A DNA stretch of 64,000 nucleotides from Lingula anatina (taxonomy: Eukaryota; Animalia; Brachiopoda): contig CM120642.1 of assembly GCA_051362555.1 (NCBI GenBank), positions 10,540,001 to 10,604,000 on the forward strand, read 5' to 3'. Shown here in pieces: positions 62,201 to 64,000 of this stretch. A model generated the notes under the pieces. That model was not told where the DNA came from, did no database searches, and worked only from the letters and a program-made list of their open reading frames with translations. Positions within the stretch are counted from its first letter, which is position 1, and each line of letters opens with the position of its first letter. Position numbers and translations under genes: made by a program.

Positions 62201-63582
62201 TTAACAATTATATTTCTTATTTTAAAAGCCACATTTTACGGACTTTACTAAGATGCGTTATTTCTAATAAAGGAGAAATCTCAAATTGTTACAGTGTTGC
62301 TACGGCTCAAAATTGACCCGTTGAGCGATTTCGTCGAGTTCTAACTCATTCATTTCTGCTTCCTTGCAAGTAAATCGCACACGTCGAGACGCGCAGTGAA
62401 CTCTGCTACCACGTCTTAATTTTTGACAAGCACGTATGAGGGCAATTAAGGACAATTCATGAATTTCTGCGATGGTTACGCATTTTACAAAATTTCGACC
62501 GCGACGTCATCTCAGCGCACGCGCTCCGTTCTGAATATTTTCCTACGCGCAGCCAGTTGCCATATGACTGTTTCAGACAATCCTTACTACTACAATAGGT
62601 CTCATTGATAAATAAAATAAAAACTAGCGGTTTATGTACATGTGATGGCAAATGTGCATCCAAATAAACTATGTTTCATCTTTTGATTTTTTTTTTTTTT
62701 TTTTTTTTTTGACTTGCTGAACATGAAAATACTTTAAAAATACAAAGCACAAATAAGATGACTGACATGACTTACAAACTGTCTAATTTATCTCCAAAAG
62801 TGATAAAATTCAGTAATTCTGATTCAAGGGAGGGGAACAGTTCACCCATCATCCGCCTGCAAGAAAAAATAAATGTCTTATTTTCTGTAACATTTTCATT
62901 CATTTAAATACAATCAGCAATCACAAGCTCTTGTAAAAATATATATATCAAAATGTGTTTATCGTTTCTAATATACTCTCCCATCCTATAATACTCTGTC
63001 ACTGTCACTGCACTCCAAATGGACATCCATCCATCTATATACAGAATGGTGCATGCCACCATACCAAACAGTTTCAAAACTAAAGATAAATTTCCAAACC
63101 TAACTACAACCAAACCCATGAAAACAACCTACAATTCTGTAAGTTCTGTAACCAATCCAAACAAAGTCCGATACATCAGCCATCACTTTGCCACTTACAC
63201 TTTGATGTAAAAAAAATATAAAGTACCAAATATGATACTAGCCCTTTCACTTTTTGTTCCATTTAACAAGGGTCTGTATTATAGGGTTACAGATAAGATG
63301 TACAAAAAATTAAAGAGAAAAAATCTTCAACTATTTCAGGATTATATCAATTAAAATTCTGGAGTTATGATGCAGGTGTCATATAAGTAAGCAGATAGGC
63401 AATGTCATGTGTAAATACAGCCAGGCAAATTTACACTGCCAAGAGTATTCAAATGTCTTACCTTCAGTGAAATCTGTTAATAGAATGTTGTGTAGAAGTT
63501 AGTAAATATATTTGTTTTATATATGAAAGTATGGGAACCATGTTTGAGGAAATCTCACCTGACTTCTTCATTCAACTGTCTC
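57080..63582 (-). CDS. EXOC1: Exocyst complex component 1 (Sec3), 3' part; gene continues beyond the window
   Basis: Exons 63582-63559, 62856-62776, 60231-60105, 59568-59485, 59215-59062, 58741-58596, 58228-58106, 57488-57417, 57229-57080. Peptides [113 protein letters not shown] match the EXOC1 C-terminus as I recall it. Confidence 0.95.
57826..57940. repeat. Near-perfect 115-bp palindrome (hairpin), probably part of a small non-autonomous DNA element
   Basis: AGATAAAGTACGAGGCGCTGAGCTTTACGAGAAATAGAGCAGATAATTGGCGAGGC-TTC-GCCTCGCCAATTATCTGCTCTTTTTCTCGTAAAGCTCAGCGCCGAGTGCTTTATCT. Confidence 0.85.
59219..59257. repeat. (AATA)n tetranucleotide repeat forming the pyrimidine tract of an EXOC1 acceptor
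   Basis: Directly visible, adjacent to the exon boundary at 59215. Confidence 0.9.
60340..62690. mobile_element. CpG-rich non-coding insertion in EXOC1 intron, probable non-autonomous DNA transposon
   Basis: Sharp CpG enrichment versus flanking intron and diverged internal repeats (AAAAAGTTGC...GATGCGTTAT at about 60880-60970 and 62170-62260). No clear TIR or TSD found. Confidence 0.35.
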
Positions 63583-64000
63583 CTAAACCATAAAAAAGAA
63601 AATATAACATGCAAAAAGATTATAAATACCACATGCGACATTTCATAAAGTAATACTGAAAGGACTATGAGAATTACTCAATTTGATTTCATATTCTTGA
63701 AAATACATATTGAATTTTATAAGGATCAATGAACTTTCTAAAAATAAGTACCATTTTTTATATATAAATATAAACCTGTGTATTTATGCAAATGTGTTTA
63801 TATGAATCAAGAAATTACATATTTATTGGACTATTTCAACTGATGTCTTAACTTAAGAGTACTGCTGTAATATAGTAACGTTAATTTAAAAATATAAAAA
63901 CTGAAAAAATAAACTTCTTGGCTTCTGTCTTTTAGCCGTCACTAATAAAAACATATGCAGAAGATATGTAAGTAAGAAAATTCAACAAAAATCTGTAAAA

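Overview
AT-rich, intron-dense eukaryotic DNA from an invertebrate animal. A mollusc-like lophotrochozoan is my inference from gene and repeat types, not proven. Five spliced protein-coding genes could be reconstructed by hand from GT-AG boundaries and reading-frame phase. (1) The 3' half of an ABCA-subfamily lipid transporter (+, 1-10960). (2) An unusual chimeric gene (+, core CDS 16233-21992, possibly starting at 12485). It encodes a Crypton-type tyrosine-recombinase domain (DUF3504-like) whose four alignable catalytic motifs are all substituted, followed by a SAM-like domain, a ZNF653/ZNF692-like helical motif and 13 atypical zinc fingers. (3) A complete voltage-sensing phosphatase VSP/TPTE (-, 36014-23631) with only three S4 arginines. 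(4) ANKLE2/LEM4 (+, 42807-55657), head-to-head with VSP. (5) The 3' part of exocyst subunit EXOC1/Sec3 (-, 63582-57080). Introns carry Harbinger-like hairpin MITEs, Helentron/HINE-like elements with a ~146-bp AGGTCA-rich tandem array, a 7.2-kb TTAA-flanked Kolobok-like relic with nested HINE and LINE pieces, and microsatellites. The best candidate for an undescribed system is the domesticated dead-recombinase/SAM/zinc-finger gene. All models are manual; no database search was run.
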